NCBI GenBank assembly: GCA_951406725.2
Contig: OX597816.1
Coordinates: 26,536,001-26,600,000 of the forward strand
Origin: Octopus vulgaris
Taxonomy: Eukaryota
Direction of reading: 5' to 3'
DNA: 64,000 nucleotides
Part shown: piece after piece, positions 27,201-41,068 of the stretch
Position numbering within the stretch: the stretch's first letter is position 1
Layout of the letters: every line of letters starts with the position of its first letter
Translations under genes and position numbers: made by a program
Notes under the pieces: generated by a model
Told to the model about the DNA's origin: nothing
What the model saw: the letters and a program-made list of their open reading frames with translations, nothing else
Database searches by the model: none

Positions 27201-28805
27201 TATGAAGTCAAAAAGAACAAGAAATATCTATTTAAGACCGAAACATGTGAATGAAATTGAGAAACGAAATAATAAATGTTAAGTGATACATTTAAGCTCA
27301 CGGTAATACTTGATGACATTTTAGCCATTATTATTGTTCTGTGTGAGTCCTGATTGCCATAGGGTAATGTGTAAGGTCCCTGTTCGCAGTGACAAAAGAT
27401 ACCAAAAGAACGGATCTTCGGGGTAGCCTCTGTGTGGTTACTCGACCGGCAAGAAATAACAAACTAATTTCATCATGGTTGTCGTCGTTGTCATCTTGTA
27501 TATCCGTTAAATTTTCAGACATGGTGAATTCTTCTACCATCACTTTCACGAAAACTCCAGTTCTCATAGAGTGAGAAAAGGAAAATATGAGAAAGAATAA
27601 AAAGAAGAAGGAAGAAAAAGAATCGATCTTTTGGTTGGTACTTCCTTTTGAAGTTCCCAATGACGTGAAAAACAAAGCTGGCCTCGGCGGGATTTGAACT
27701 CAGTATGTAGAGTGCTAGAACAAATAGTGTAAGACACTCTGTCCGGCACTAATAAGTCTGAAAATTTACAGCAACCTTTAAAGACTATCTTAGAAAAACA
27801 TGTATGAACACCTTTGTATAATGAAGTCCTGGTTATGCATTCTACCTGGATAATAGAATGTGTAGGCACAACTGGAATGCTTTTTGCCATAGTTTGTAAA
27901 GAACCACAACAACAAAAAACGAAATGTCTTTGAAAACCTGTAGAAAAGTAATCGTTTCAAATTTTGTACAAGGCCAGCAGTTCTGGGGGGATGGGGTTTA
28001 GTCGATTACATCGACCCCAGTACATGACTGGTACTTCATTTTCTCGACCCTCTAAAGGATTAAAAGCAAAGTTGACCTCAGTGGAATTTGTACTCAAAAC
28101 GTAAAGACCCGGAAAAATTGCCAGTAAGCATTTTGTCCGACACGCTAAGAATTTTGCCAGCTTGCCGCCTTTATCCACAGAAAAAACATGTTAATAAATT
28201 AAAAAAAAAATGAAATGTATTATTTCCCGTTGGTGTTCCATATAATTTTGTTTGGAATATGATATGACAAGCACGCTTGCGTTATTGTGAAAGTAACACA
28301 CAAGTTATTTTGATTTGGTTTTATTTTTCAAACATGAAAGTAATATTTAAGAATTCCTGTCAGTATGAAACATTTGATTTATGTACACAGACTGTCGTAT
28401 GGAAGAAACGATTTCGAACCGTGTCAAAAGTACTACTTCGCGTTTTGGAACAAGGTACTTAACACTTGAAGTGTCCCAAACCAGCTGTCCTAAACGGTTC
28501 GCTGCCGCATAATTAGAGACAATATCTCACCATAAGCATTGCAAACACTGTAGAACTGAGAAAACTTTTATCTCCTTGCATAACTGATTTCAGCTCTTCA
28601 TGCAAGAATGAGAATGCATTTACTGAGTCAGGTCCATGGGAACTGGACCTTTCCAATGGCAAAGGTTTCTCCATACAAATGTATACTTACTTAAGCCGTT
28701 CGCATCCTATGGAGCACAGGCCATCGAAAACTTTTCTCTATTGTTGTCTACTCTGGACTGTCTCCTATTCCAGTTCTTATTGGCTTTGAAATATCGTCGA
28801 TGCTT

Positions 28806-29063
28806 CTGTAACTTTGATATTTTTCTAGGTAATGATGTTGGCCCTACCCAAACCAATTTTCGTCTCTGGGAAGAGGCAGTACATATCGGTTTGGTCTCTC
28901 TCTCCTTTGACATGTCCTGCCAAGAGCTTGTACACCACTGTGCGAGATACTGGACATGTTAAAAGAGAGAGAGACCACACCAATATGGACTGCCTCTTCC
29001 CGGAGGCGAAAATGGGTTTGGGTAGGGCCAACATCATTACCTAGAAGAATATCAAAGTTACAG
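28806..29063. repeat. Inverted repeat (about 112-bp arms, 34-bp spacer)
   Basis: Arms 28806-28917 and 28952-29063; mirror-image ORFs in the ORF track. Confidence 0.9.
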
Positions 29064-29129
29064 GGCCCCAATAATTACAGGTATAAACCCATGTATGTAT
29101 GTATGTATGTATGTATGTATGTATGTATG

Positions 29130-29390
29130 TATGTATGTATGTATGTATGTATATGTGCAGATTTGTATGTTTTATGTATGTATTCTTATGCATATAGTTG
29201 CATATCTAGACATCCTCATATATATTTAAATGATAAACTTCTGGAAAGTTTTACAGATTTTTACAGTTCCGGCGATGGATTGGATCTGTAGTCTTCGAAT
29301 CAGCTTTCTCCGTTCTGGTTTTGAGAAGCCTAATTTCTCAAAATTGGTATTTAGGCGGTGTGTTACATATCCCAGGGCTCCAATAATTAC
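29130..29390 (-). mobile_element. RLE-LINE 3' end embedded in (CATA)n
   Basis: VIIGALGYVTHRLNTNFEKLGFSKPERRKLIRRLQIQSIAGTVKICKTFQKFII*, then a UTR running into (CATA)n; (TATG)n on both sides. Confidence 0.8.
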
Positions 29391-29569
29391 ATGCATGTAC
29401 GTATGTATGTATGTATGTGTGTGTATGTATGTATGTACGTATTATGTATGTATGTGCGTGTGTGTGAGTGTGGGTGTGTGTATGTCTTTGCGTTTGTGAT
29501 TGTCCCCACCACCACAACTTCACAGACGTAGTTGGTTCGCCAGATTACAATGCCTTTTACAACCACTCG

Positions 29570-29986
29570 GGTTCTTTTCGGTTTGAACGGCAGTTTTTTT
29601 AAATAATTTCTACGTAACTAAACACTTTTAAACTTCGTATATTGGTAGAATGTGTTTATAAAACATCTTTTTTTTTGGGGCTTTATTGAGAAAATTCTAT
29701 AGTTTGTAAGATATTTATTGTTGTTTTTTCTTCAATTTCTGTAATTTCAACCAATCAATGACGTCTATTGAAGTGAAAACATTTTGTGCCCTATGAACAT
29801 GCCCCTCGTTAAGAAACAGATTGGGTTTATTTACATTTCTGAAGAAAAAAGATACCCTTCCTCCCACCCCTAACCCTAACCCTAAAACAGATTGAAATGC
29901 AATAGATCGATACTAGGGTCATAATTATGGGTGACAATTTCATATGACACCGCTAGAAAAAACTGTCGTCCAAACCGAAAAGATCC
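29570..29986. mobile_element. Non-autonomous DNA transposon, Merlin-like
   Basis: About 30-bp TIRs GGTTCTTTTCGGTTTGAACGGCAGTTTTTT / AAAAAACTGTCGTCCAAACCGAAAAGATCC; perfect 8-bp TSD ACCACTCG; internal (CCCTAA)3. Confidence 0.8.
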
Positions 29987-30470
29987 ACCACTCGTACTCA
30001 CACTGAAAATTTCTCAGAATTTAAAAGTTGGGTAAGATCCTTATAACCCTAGCTACATCTCAAGTGATGCAGCATTTTACAGACCCTTCACCCTCTTATG
30101 TACGCAGCGATAATTTGAGGGAAGACTCGGCGTTAACTAACACACGCCTCTCTGCATTGTATTCGGATAATCCTTTATTCATGAACTTTACGAATAACAA
30201 ATGCAACGGTTTTGACAACAACCAAATAACAAAAAAAAGCCTCCCACACAGCAAATCTTTCTTGCGCGATTCACCGCGTTCCACTTATACGCTAAGGAGT
30301 CAACACCTACTTGAGAAAGTAACAACAACAATAATAATAACAATAATGGTATAAATAAAACAAAACAATAGAGCGTTGAATAACCAAGATATCACACACA
30401 TACACACAAGCGCACGCACACACTCACGCACATACACACACACGCACATACATGAACCAGACGGACGAGA

Positions 30471-30580
<110 letters not shown>

Positions 30581-30593
30581 GGACGGACGGACG

Positions 30594-30707
<114 letters not shown>

Positions 30708-31540
30708 CAGACAGAACAAACAGATGCATACATATACATACATACATGCACACATACTTGCATATTATTCACATACATACACGTATGTATGCATGTATGC
30801 ATGCATGTACGTATGTATGTATGTATGTGTGTATGTATGTAAGTATGATTGTATGTATGTATGACTGTATGTATGTATGTATGTGTGTATGTATGTATGT
30901 ATGTATGTATGTATGTATGTATGTATGTATGTATGTATGTATGTATGTATGTATGTGTGTATGTATGTATGCATGTATGTACATATTTATGTATGTATGT
31001 GTGTGCATGTATATACAAAAACGTGTGCGCGATGTTTATTTATGAACTGAAAAGCTAGATGTGACTCGAGGGACTAGATTTTCGTTCCCAAAGCACCTAT
31101 GAAACAATAACTTGTCGGCTAATAAACAATATGAATTACTCTCTTTAATATGTTCATTGAATTCTGTTTCCCATTATGTGTGTGTGCACAAGACACGCAC
31201 ACACACACACATTTACGCGCACATATACGCACATATACAAACATATGCACACATATATATATACATTGGTATATATGCACATGTGTGTATATATATGTAC
31301 ACGTACACACACATACATATATGTATATATATGAAGGCGCGTGGCTAAGTGGTTAGAGTATTAGTCTCATGATCGTAAGGTGGTGAGTTCGATCCTTGTG
31401 ATGGTGTTGAGTCCTTGAGCAAGACACTTTATTTCAAGTCGCTCCAATCCACTCTGCTGGCAAAAGTGTGATATATATATATAAATGTGATATATAGATA
31501 CATATAGATATATATGTAAACGTATATATATATATATAAG

Positions 31541-33848
31541 TAAGGAAAAATTTTTTTAATAAATGCAGAATGCTCAAATGAAAGAAAATTTTAATAAAAT
31601 GAGAAAATGATAAAATATATAAATGTATATTTATTCAACCGGTTTTCGTCATTGTATGACTTGTCAAGAATATTTATGTTTTAAGAAGTTTTTTTAAAAA
31701 TTAGAAAGGGGAAAAAAAAAGAAAATTGCATTGTTTTTTGTAAAAGAATAATGATAAAAATGTACAAAAATTAAAAAATAAGTTCTCCGATACATTGTGA
31801 GTTCGTTGTGTATCTTGCGTTTTATGGTTGTTTACGAAAAAATTACCTTGAGGTGTTAAGATCCAAAGAGATTAAGAGCATGTGTTGTGTTGTGTTGTTA
31901 AATTCAGCATGTTTGCAGGACAGGAAGTAGTAGTAATTGTGGTCCTGGTTCTTCAGTTCCTGTGTTGTGAGTAAGGGGAGACAACTCTTTTGAGTTCTTC
32001 AATAAAACCCAAATTATAAAACTATCATTTTAGCTTCATTTGCATTATCTTTTTTATATAATTGCTTGTTAACTTAACTTTCAGATTTTAACACTTTATT
32101 TACATTATTTTCTAATAATATAAATCTGCATAGACAATTGTATTTCAAATTGTCATATCATTTATAATAAAAATGATAGTAATAACAACAATAGTAAAAA
32201 TGATATTTAAAGAATATAAGTTTTAGCTTGAAGTGATGAATGCATGGTATCTTTATATATTTGTGTTAGTCCATCCATGAAGAGTGAGGTAGAGAAAGGA
32301 AGTTTGATCAACGAGGAGTTTGCATATTAAGTTGTGTTTGGAATTTTTCAATAAAGAGATTCTCCTTGTTAATTCTCTCCTGTGTGGTGATCCCGTCTTT
32401 ACATTGGTAGAAGGGGAATATATAGAATTTGGGGTTTAAGTCTTTAGCACATGAGTCTAAGTGGTCACTCAGTGGAATTTGTCGGTATTCCGGGAGATTT
32501 ATTTGTTCTTTATGCACCGTTACTCGTTTACGTAACGGGAGACTAGTTTGTCCAACATAATTATGTTGGCAACCAGCGCATGTGAGAACGTAGATAAGGT
32601 TCTCGGAGGAACAGGAGAAGTTAGTCTTGATTTTAAACTTCGTACCTTGTTTGAAGGTAAATTCAGAGCCTTCAAGTAGAATGGGGCAGGTACCACAGTT
32701 TGAGCGTGCACATTTTTTTACTGTTGGGGGTGGATGTGGTGTGTGAAGTTTGGCATTTGTCAAGAGTTTTTTGAAAGATTTGTGTTGCCTTTTGCATTTG
32801 AGGATTTTGTGTGTATTTATAATGTTTTTCATTTTTGGGTCTGTTGACAGTAGACTGAGGTTTTGTATGATTGTGGTGTATGCTTCGATATTTTGGGGTT
32901 GTGGGTGGAAATGTATGGAAGTATTTTGAGGTTGTGTGTGGTGTTAGGTTGGGTGGTTTTCAGTGTAGTGTTGTCTAGTTCTTTGGCGCGTTTTATTCCA
33001 TACTCTATAAGGGTGGAGGGATATTGACGTTGTAATAGTGTTTTTTTTGAGGTCTTGAAGGCGTATTTCTCGTGTTTTTGGATCCGAGACAATGGTGCAT
33101 ACCCTTTTAGCTAAATTGAAAGGGATATTTGTCTTGGTGTGTTTTGGGTGGCATGAACTAAAGAGGAGGTATTGTTGTGAGTCTGTAGGTTTGTGGTAGA
33201 TGTCTGTTATGATTTGGTTCTTAGGTGTTTTTATAATTAGGAGATCAAGGAATGGGAGATGATGTTTGCTTAATTCCATAGTGAATTGGATGTTGGGATG
33301 TATGTTGTTTAGTATGGTTTTGAATTCCAGGAGTTTTTCATAAGGTTCTTTCCATATGATGAAACAATCATCTAAATACCTTTTCCAGTTTTCCATTAGG
33401 TAGGTGTGGAAAACATGTCCAAATTTCTGGCTTGATATTTCATAGAGTGACAGTTCGAAGTAACCCATTATGAGGTTCGCAAGGACTGGTGCAGCCTTGG
33501 TACCCATCGCAATGCCACATTTTTGACGGTAGTGTGTGTCATCGAAGAGAAAAAAATTGTTTGTCAGAATGAACTTAAGAGATTCTGTAATAAAAGACTT
33601 GTTAATGCGGTCAGGGAATGTCTCTGGGTGTTTTTCTAGCCAGAAGTCAATTGCCTCTATACCATACTCATGTGGAATGTTGGTGTAGAGGTTGATGACA
33701 TCAAAGGATACCAGGAGTGCCTCCTCGTTAACTGTTTTCGGGAGGTGTTTGAGCATGTCCAGATCATCCCTAATGAAACTTTTGATGTGGGTAAGGAAAG
33801 GTTTCAAAAGGATGTCTAGGAAGTTACTCAGGCGGTGTGTTTCACAGG

Positions 33849-33850
<2 letters not shown>
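31541..33850 (-). mobile_element. 5'-truncated Penelope-like element (RT + GIY-YIG; Neptune/Naiad-type Cys linker) between (TA)n tracts
   Basis: LVSFDVINLYTNIPH, YRQKCGIAMGTKAAPVLANL, WKRYLDDCF, LPFLDL, DIYHKPTDSQQYL; KCARSNCGTCP; NLIYVLTCAGCQHNYVGQT..RVTVH; frameshifts near 33045 and 32885; stop at 32308; 770-bp 3' terminal region. Confidence 0.93.
31632..31672 (-). ncRNA. Minimal type I hammerhead-like motif, U3-A8 core variant, in the PLE 3' terminal region
   Basis: UAUUC-UUGACAA-GUCAU aca AUGAC-GAAA-ACCGG-UU-GAAUA; one extra A in stem III. Confidence 0.6.
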
Positions 33851-33913
<63 letters not shown>

Positions 33914-34163
33914 AACGATGAATTGCCTTCGCGTAAACCACTGATTCGTTTTGTTCTCATACTTTATTATCATCTTATAATCATCTCATAATAATGTCCT
34001 TTATGACTCGTTTTACTATCTCAGTCAATCTAAATGTATATATTTGTCACTACATGTCATAAATAGCCTTTTTCTATTTGCAATATGCATTTTCGTTGAT
34101 TTTCATATCTTACCTTTACATTTCCACGTGATTTTATATTTTCTTTTCGTAACATATTTCTGC

Positions 34164-34233
<70 letters not shown>

Positions 34234-34689
34234 CAGGCATATATGGGTACAGGACGTCACCAACAGTACAAATAACATGAGATACGTTATCAAACGAGGT
34301 AAAAAAAGGTGTGAAATACGTGAACTACGAGAAAATATGGAAAACAGAACAAGTAAACACAGGGAAACGACCCATCATCAGTTGTCGGCTCCTCATTTAC
34401 TCCTCATTTCGAGCATTCAACGACAATACGAGTATTCAAAGGCAGTTGCTCGCATTCTAAAATAAAATTCAGGATTTACGGAGGGTCAAGGTTGGGGGGG
34501 GGGGGGAAATGACAGTGGAGACATACAAGGGAACCGAACGAAAACAAAATATCGTAGGTCGTTAGACTAGAACGAAAGGAAAATAGTGAATACTGGGTAA
34601 AATATTTCTTTCGAAAAGAGAAAAGATAGAAGAGAGAGAGAAAACACGCCCGTTCTTTTAAACTTCCGTGCAGCAAACGAAAGATGATG

Positions 34690-34751
<62 letters not shown>

Positions 34752-34898
34752 GTATAATTCATTATACGTTTCAGTTTATTTTTCCTTTCATCTCAGTGTT
34801 ACCAGAGCACTTCCAGCTGCAGTCGTATTTTTATTTTTATTTTGTTCTTCGGTTTAACGAAATTTCTTTTCGGTCTAAGGAAGTTAGAAAATTGCATG

Positions 34899-34991
<93 letters not shown>

Positions 34992-35209
34992 ATAAATAAT
35001 AAAAGGGTAAAATTAATTAATTGATTATGCAATTAATCAATTAATAATTTTACCAAGTAGATCGGTACGTTAAAATAACCCTTATAGGTAAAATTATATA
35101 AACATTCTATAATTATAAACATAATTATAATTAGGGCTCAGCTAATTGCTTCACCACATACCGAATTTAGAAGTAGGAGTTTAAAATTAAATATCTTTTT
35201 TTTTTTCTG

Positions 35210-35315
35210 GTCGAATCAGTCTCTAGCTTCTCTGAGTTTAACCAGTGGTTGCATAGGATCTTGAAATAATGTACAACCACAGGTGAAACTCTGAGTAGCA
35301 ACAAACTGACATGAC
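35210..35315. repeat. Imperfect palindrome with an outward-facing half-hammerhead GAAACTCTGAGTA
   Basis: Arms about 45 bp; motif at 35285-35297. Confidence 0.55.
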
Positions 35316-35409
35316 TAAAATAAACTATATTATTAATAAACTATTAATAAACTATATTATTAATGTCTGCTATGATATTGCGTAGTCTTTTTTTAACAGC
35401 CAACACAAA

Positions 35410-35509
35410 NNNNNNNNNNNNNNNNNNNNNNNNNNNNNNNNNNNNNNNNNNNNNNNNNNNNNNNNNNNNNNNNNNNNNNNNNNNNNNNNNNNNNNNNNNN
35501 NNNNNNNNN
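35410..35509. other. Assembly gap (100 N)
   Basis: Run of N. Confidence 1.
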
Positions 35510-35974
35510 AAGCAATCCGTAGTAAATGTAAAAAAAAAAAAAAGACTTTCTGGGACAACAGCGGTTTATTGAGACGGAAGGTTGTGAGTTTTTTTCGTAT
35601 CGAAGAACAACAAACTGAAAAAAGTTCATTTTTTTTTATGTTCCACTGTAGGTGACCAAGGTTGCCGGGTGCGCGAATAAGAGTACAAGAGTTACGGAAT
35701 GGAGTAGGTAAGATCCGGGCTGTATATGTATGTTTCATAGCGGGCGGAACTTCAGAAGTGGTAAAGATCCGACCGAGGTGTATACCGCCGGCTACTCTTC
35801 AGACCAAGGATATCTTGGATTAAATTAAGGGTTATATTATCGCAGGGATATATACATGTTGATGCATTGAAGATTCGGTCAGCATATGTAGGGAGCACAG
35901 AATGAGAGGAGTGTATAAAGATAGGGAGAAATAAGTATTAGAAGAAGGGGGGAAAGTTGAAAAGAAAATACACG

Positions 35975-36057
<83 letters not shown>

Positions 36058-36116
36058 GTGGTGCCCCAGCATGGCCGCGGCCTTCGGGCTAAAACATTTT
36101 TAAGGATTTAAGGATA

Positions 36117-36147
<31 letters not shown>

Positions 36148-36628
36148 GAACACAAATTCATACATATATATATATATATATATATATAGCAATAAGAAAA
36201 TGGAGGGGATCAATAGCTGTTTCATCAACATTTAGACATGATATCATGTCAACTTATATATTTATTTACTAAACTGACAATTACAATAATATACATACAT
36301 GTATAACATATTATGCTTTACATATAAGATACAAAATATAGTAATATATAAGGATACCAGTAATTATTAGAAAATAACATACATGAATATAAATTGGGAA
36401 ATATATATATATATACATATATTATACAGGAACTTGTGTGTGTATACAAATATGTATCTATGTACAAAATGTATGTATGTATGTATGTATGTATGTATGT
36501 ATGTATGTATGTATGTATGTATGTATGTATGTATGTATGTATGTATATGTGTGTGTGTATGTATGTATTTATGTATGTATGTGTGTATGTATGTATGTAT
36601 GTATGTATGTATGGAAAGACAGACAGAC

Positions 36629-36678
<50 letters not shown>

Positions 36679-36709
36679 AGATAGACACAAAGATTATTTA
36701 GCCACGTGA

Positions 36710-36752
<43 letters not shown>

Positions 36753-36858
36753 GCCAATGAGCGCGCATATGCATTCATAATTGTAAATGCACGCTTACAC
36801 ACAGACACATACACATTCGGTAACACGTTCTCACCCAAGAATTATTTACACACCTATG

Positions 36859-36906
<48 letters not shown>

Positions 36907-37346
36907 TAATAATAATAATAATAAATAAATAAATAAAGAGAACTGGAGAAAATGTGTGGCAAACATGTTTGTTTTAGTAACCAATCAGAAACCAGTATTT
37001 TCCTCCTACTTCTCCATTTCATCCCCTCCTACTCTGCCTCCCCCCTCCTTCGTGTTTTCCTCCAGCTTCGACTCTCACTCGCTCTCCTCCTACCCTTATT
37101 CCTTATTGCTACAGATGCCGTTGTATTACACGTCTGTTCTCCCCCTCTTCCTCTTCCTCCGCCTTCTCCTCCTCCTACCTTCTACTCTTCAAGCGTCACC
37201 ATGGGAACAGCTGACCGATTTACGTCACCATTATCGTCTGATTCAATGGGAGGCAAGTTAGCGGGTATATATGTACTTTTTATATGGGGCAATCGAACTT
37301 CAACCAGCCAGCTTGCAGCAGTAACTTAAACAGAGCCTGTGTGTAG

Positions 37347-37383
<37 letters not shown>

Positions 37384-37539
37384 TGTATGTATGTTAATGT
37401 GCGTGTGTATGTATGTGTGTTTGTATGTATGTTAATGTATGTGTGTATGTATGTATGTATGTCTATGTGTACCGTGTGTGAGCATATATTTACGTATGCA
37501 TGTGTATTAGTATATGCACTTATACATATATAGAGAGAT

Positions 37540-37680
<141 letters not shown>

Positions 37681-37867
37681 GAGATAGATAGATACATACA
37701 TACATACATACATACATACATGCATACATTCATACATACATACATACATACATACATACATACATACATACATACATTAAACGTGTGCATATACATATGT
37801 GCAGAAGAGAATACCCATACGTTTCGTGTATGATAGCATCCGCATACTTCTTTTGTGAATATTTGTG

Positions 37868-37927
<60 letters not shown>

Positions 37928-38669
37928 GTGAGCGTGTGCGTGCGTGCGTGCGTACGTGTGTGTCTGTGTGTGTGTGTGTGTGCTGTGTGGTTTAAGAAGC
38001 TCGGTTCGCAACTAAGTAGCTTCAGGTTCGCTCACCCTGTGCAACAGCTTGGACAGTTGCCTTCCATAGACCCGGGCCCTATCAATGTTTTGTAAGTGAA
38101 TTTGGTAGGCGGTGATGTTTTGAGGGGCCCGTCATGCACACACGCACACACACACACACACACACACATAAACCATTCATGAATCATACTTAGTGGAAGT
38201 ACATTGCGAAAAGGCAAATTTACTACGCTATACCCTTAGACATGATATCTCTTATGAACTGTGTCTAAAACGCGCGCACGCACGCACACTTCACACACAC
38301 ACACACACACACATACACACACACACAAACACACACACACACGTGTGTGTGTGTAACATGGTTTAATTATTAACAGGGCAAATTTTAGCCATTTCTCCAC
38401 AGAATGAAAAAAATAATGAACAACCTTAATCAATTATATTTGTGTGTGTGTGTGTGTGTAATCGATTCGTCATTTTATATAGTTGAAATTTATAGTTGAA
38501 AATATAGTTGAATTCTAAAGAAAAACAAGACGAAGACAGGTGTATGAACAACAAGCAGGTGTATTAGTTTGACGCTCGGGAAGGTGGAAAGTCTTTGACG
38601 TTTCGAGCCTTCGCTCTTTAACAGAAAGGAATACGAAAAAATAAACAGAGAGAGAATGAAAAAAAACTT

Positions 38670-39190
38670 GGAAATTTCAGCGGAAAATCGTTTAGGAATG
38701 GGCGGTGAGAATACATGACGCATATTTCTGCCTCGTTAGGTTTTTGTCAGTAGCGTATATGCATTGCTCCATTGCCAACAGCATGCTAAGACAAAATCCA
38801 TCGCTACTGGTATAGGAAAGCAATGATTGAAAAAATCATTGAAGAAATAGAAGAAACCCATGGTATGCAAAAGAAGCAATAGCTTCTGTTACATACCACC
38901 GCTAGTAAATCTGCTTGTTTGCGATATATCTGTATTAATTGTGATTCACAGATGGCTATTTTAATTGAATACATCTTCTTTTGCATATCACGGATTTTTT
39001 ATTCAGCTGGACAGTTAACTACAACACAAGTGAGTTTCTTTCAATCGCTGTCTTTCTACATCAGTGGCAACAAATTTTGTTTTAGGATGCTGTTGGACGT
39101 GAATATATGCTACTGGCGAAGCTCAACGAAGCAGAAATGCTCATCTCGCATTTTTACCGCCGCTGCTGGATGATTTTCGTCTACAGCTGA
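38670..39190. repeat. Old inverted repeat (about 165-bp arms, about 190-bp spacer)
   Basis: ATTTCTGCCTCGTT..CCAACAGCATGCTAAGACAAAAT matches the reverse complement of 39030-39190. Confidence 0.7.
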
Positions 39191-40274
39191 TATATGCACG
39201 TTTTTAAATCCTGCACGTCCATATGAGATACTTCCGGACGTTGTTACTCCAAATAAAATCCAGGAGACCAAGCTACGAGAATCTTCGATATCTAACGATT
39301 TATTTTCACCATTGACTTTAGAGTATATTTTGCATTTAGAGATTTTCTTAATGGCCTAGTTATGGCAATGTGGTGTTATATAAGTCACATTTCTCATGTT
39401 TGAATGATTTTGTTCAGTCACGGATTACTTGTTAATGTAAATGCCACTTTGTCGCTCGTTAACAATCAAGTGTCATACTCATTACTGGGTCTAGAAAACA
39501 TTCGAGGTAATGGCACAGTTGTAAGCTTGTCACACATGCATCTAATTTAGTTGTTCATTCGTACACTCTGACCTTTTCGCTCATGTATGCACTATTGCAC
39601 CGCAGAGCTCTTCGCATATCACCGTACTAACTGCTTTGCGCTGTGGGTGGTGTGCAGTGCCGTATTGAGACATGCGCATACGCATCTGCTACCGCACATT
39701 TGCATTTCACTGTCGCATGCTAAATCTCTGTATTCGGCTCCTCCGTGAGTACTCTTTAAAAATCATCTAAAGCGGCCAGTATAGACCCAGGGTCGACTTT
39801 TATTACTAGACACAAATATACGGACTTATTTCCATTCACATTTTGTCTCCCGTCAAAGTTCAGCACACGATGGCAGCTAAGAATGAAGAGAGAACATGGA
39901 AGGTATTAGTTTCACGCTCAGAAAAAAGAGAGAGTTTTTTGACGTTTCGAGCATAGCTCTTCGCTGGAAAGCAAAAACGGAAAAAATAGATGTTCAAGAA
40001 AGGAAAAAATCATCAACAGTACGTGTGTAGTTAAATAGCTGAAGGGACCGGAAATTATTATTGTTTTTAAGCCCAAAGACTCAAGGCCGGTTTCTGAGTT
40101 TCCATCACGTAAAAGTGACCTAGATCACAACTCTACACCGGTTCGTTGCAGGATCCAAAGCGAACGATTTTTGAAGTGAGGCGACAAATCAATTACATCG
40201 ATCCAGTACATGAGTGATACTTTCTTTTATCGACCATGAAGGGACGAGGGACAAAGTTGACATATAAATATAGG

Positions 40275-40370
<96 letters not shown>

Positions 40371-40599
40371 TATTGATTGATTGATTGATATACACATATA
40401 TACTAGCTGAATAACCCATCGTTGCTCGACAATTTTTACAATACAATGTCTTATATGAATTTTTGTTTATTCCATGTCAGATCATGCTTTTCTCGATAGA
40501 TAGGCCTCTTGTTCGGGACAGAGGGCGTAAACACATCAACATCGGTTGACAAGCGATGGTGGAGGACAAACACAGACACACAAATACATAATACATACA

Positions 40600-40662
<63 letters not shown>

Positions 40663-40665
40663 ACA

Positions 40666-41033
40666 TTACTCTTTACTCTTTTACTCTTTTACTTGTTTCA
40701 GTCATTTGACTGCGGCCATGCTGGAGCACCACCTCTAATCGAGCAACTCGACTTATTCTTTTGTAAGCCCAGTACTTATTCTATCGGTCTCTTTTGCCGA
40801 ACCGCTAAGTAACGGGGACATAAACACACCAGCATCGGTTGTCAAGCATACATATATACGACATACATATATACGACGGGCTTCTTTCAGTTTCCGTCTA
40901 CCAAATCCACTCACAAGGCTTTCGTCGACCCGAGGCTATAGTAGAAGACACTTGCCCAAGGTGCCACGCATGGGACTGAACCCGGAACCATGTGGTTGGT
41001 AAACAAGCTACTTACCACACAGCCACTCCTGCG

Positions 41034-41068
<35 letters not shown>

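Noticed and set aside
27331-27575. Possible exon after a polypyrimidine tract (minus strand)
   Set aside because: No recognisable protein; part resembles the repeat fragment at about 8107; weak acceptor
34365-34445. Minus-strand GUA-UUGUCG..CGACAA-CUGAUGA, possible permuted hammerhead
   Set aside because: GAAA is replaced by GAAU and stem II is weak; insufficient without a family consensus
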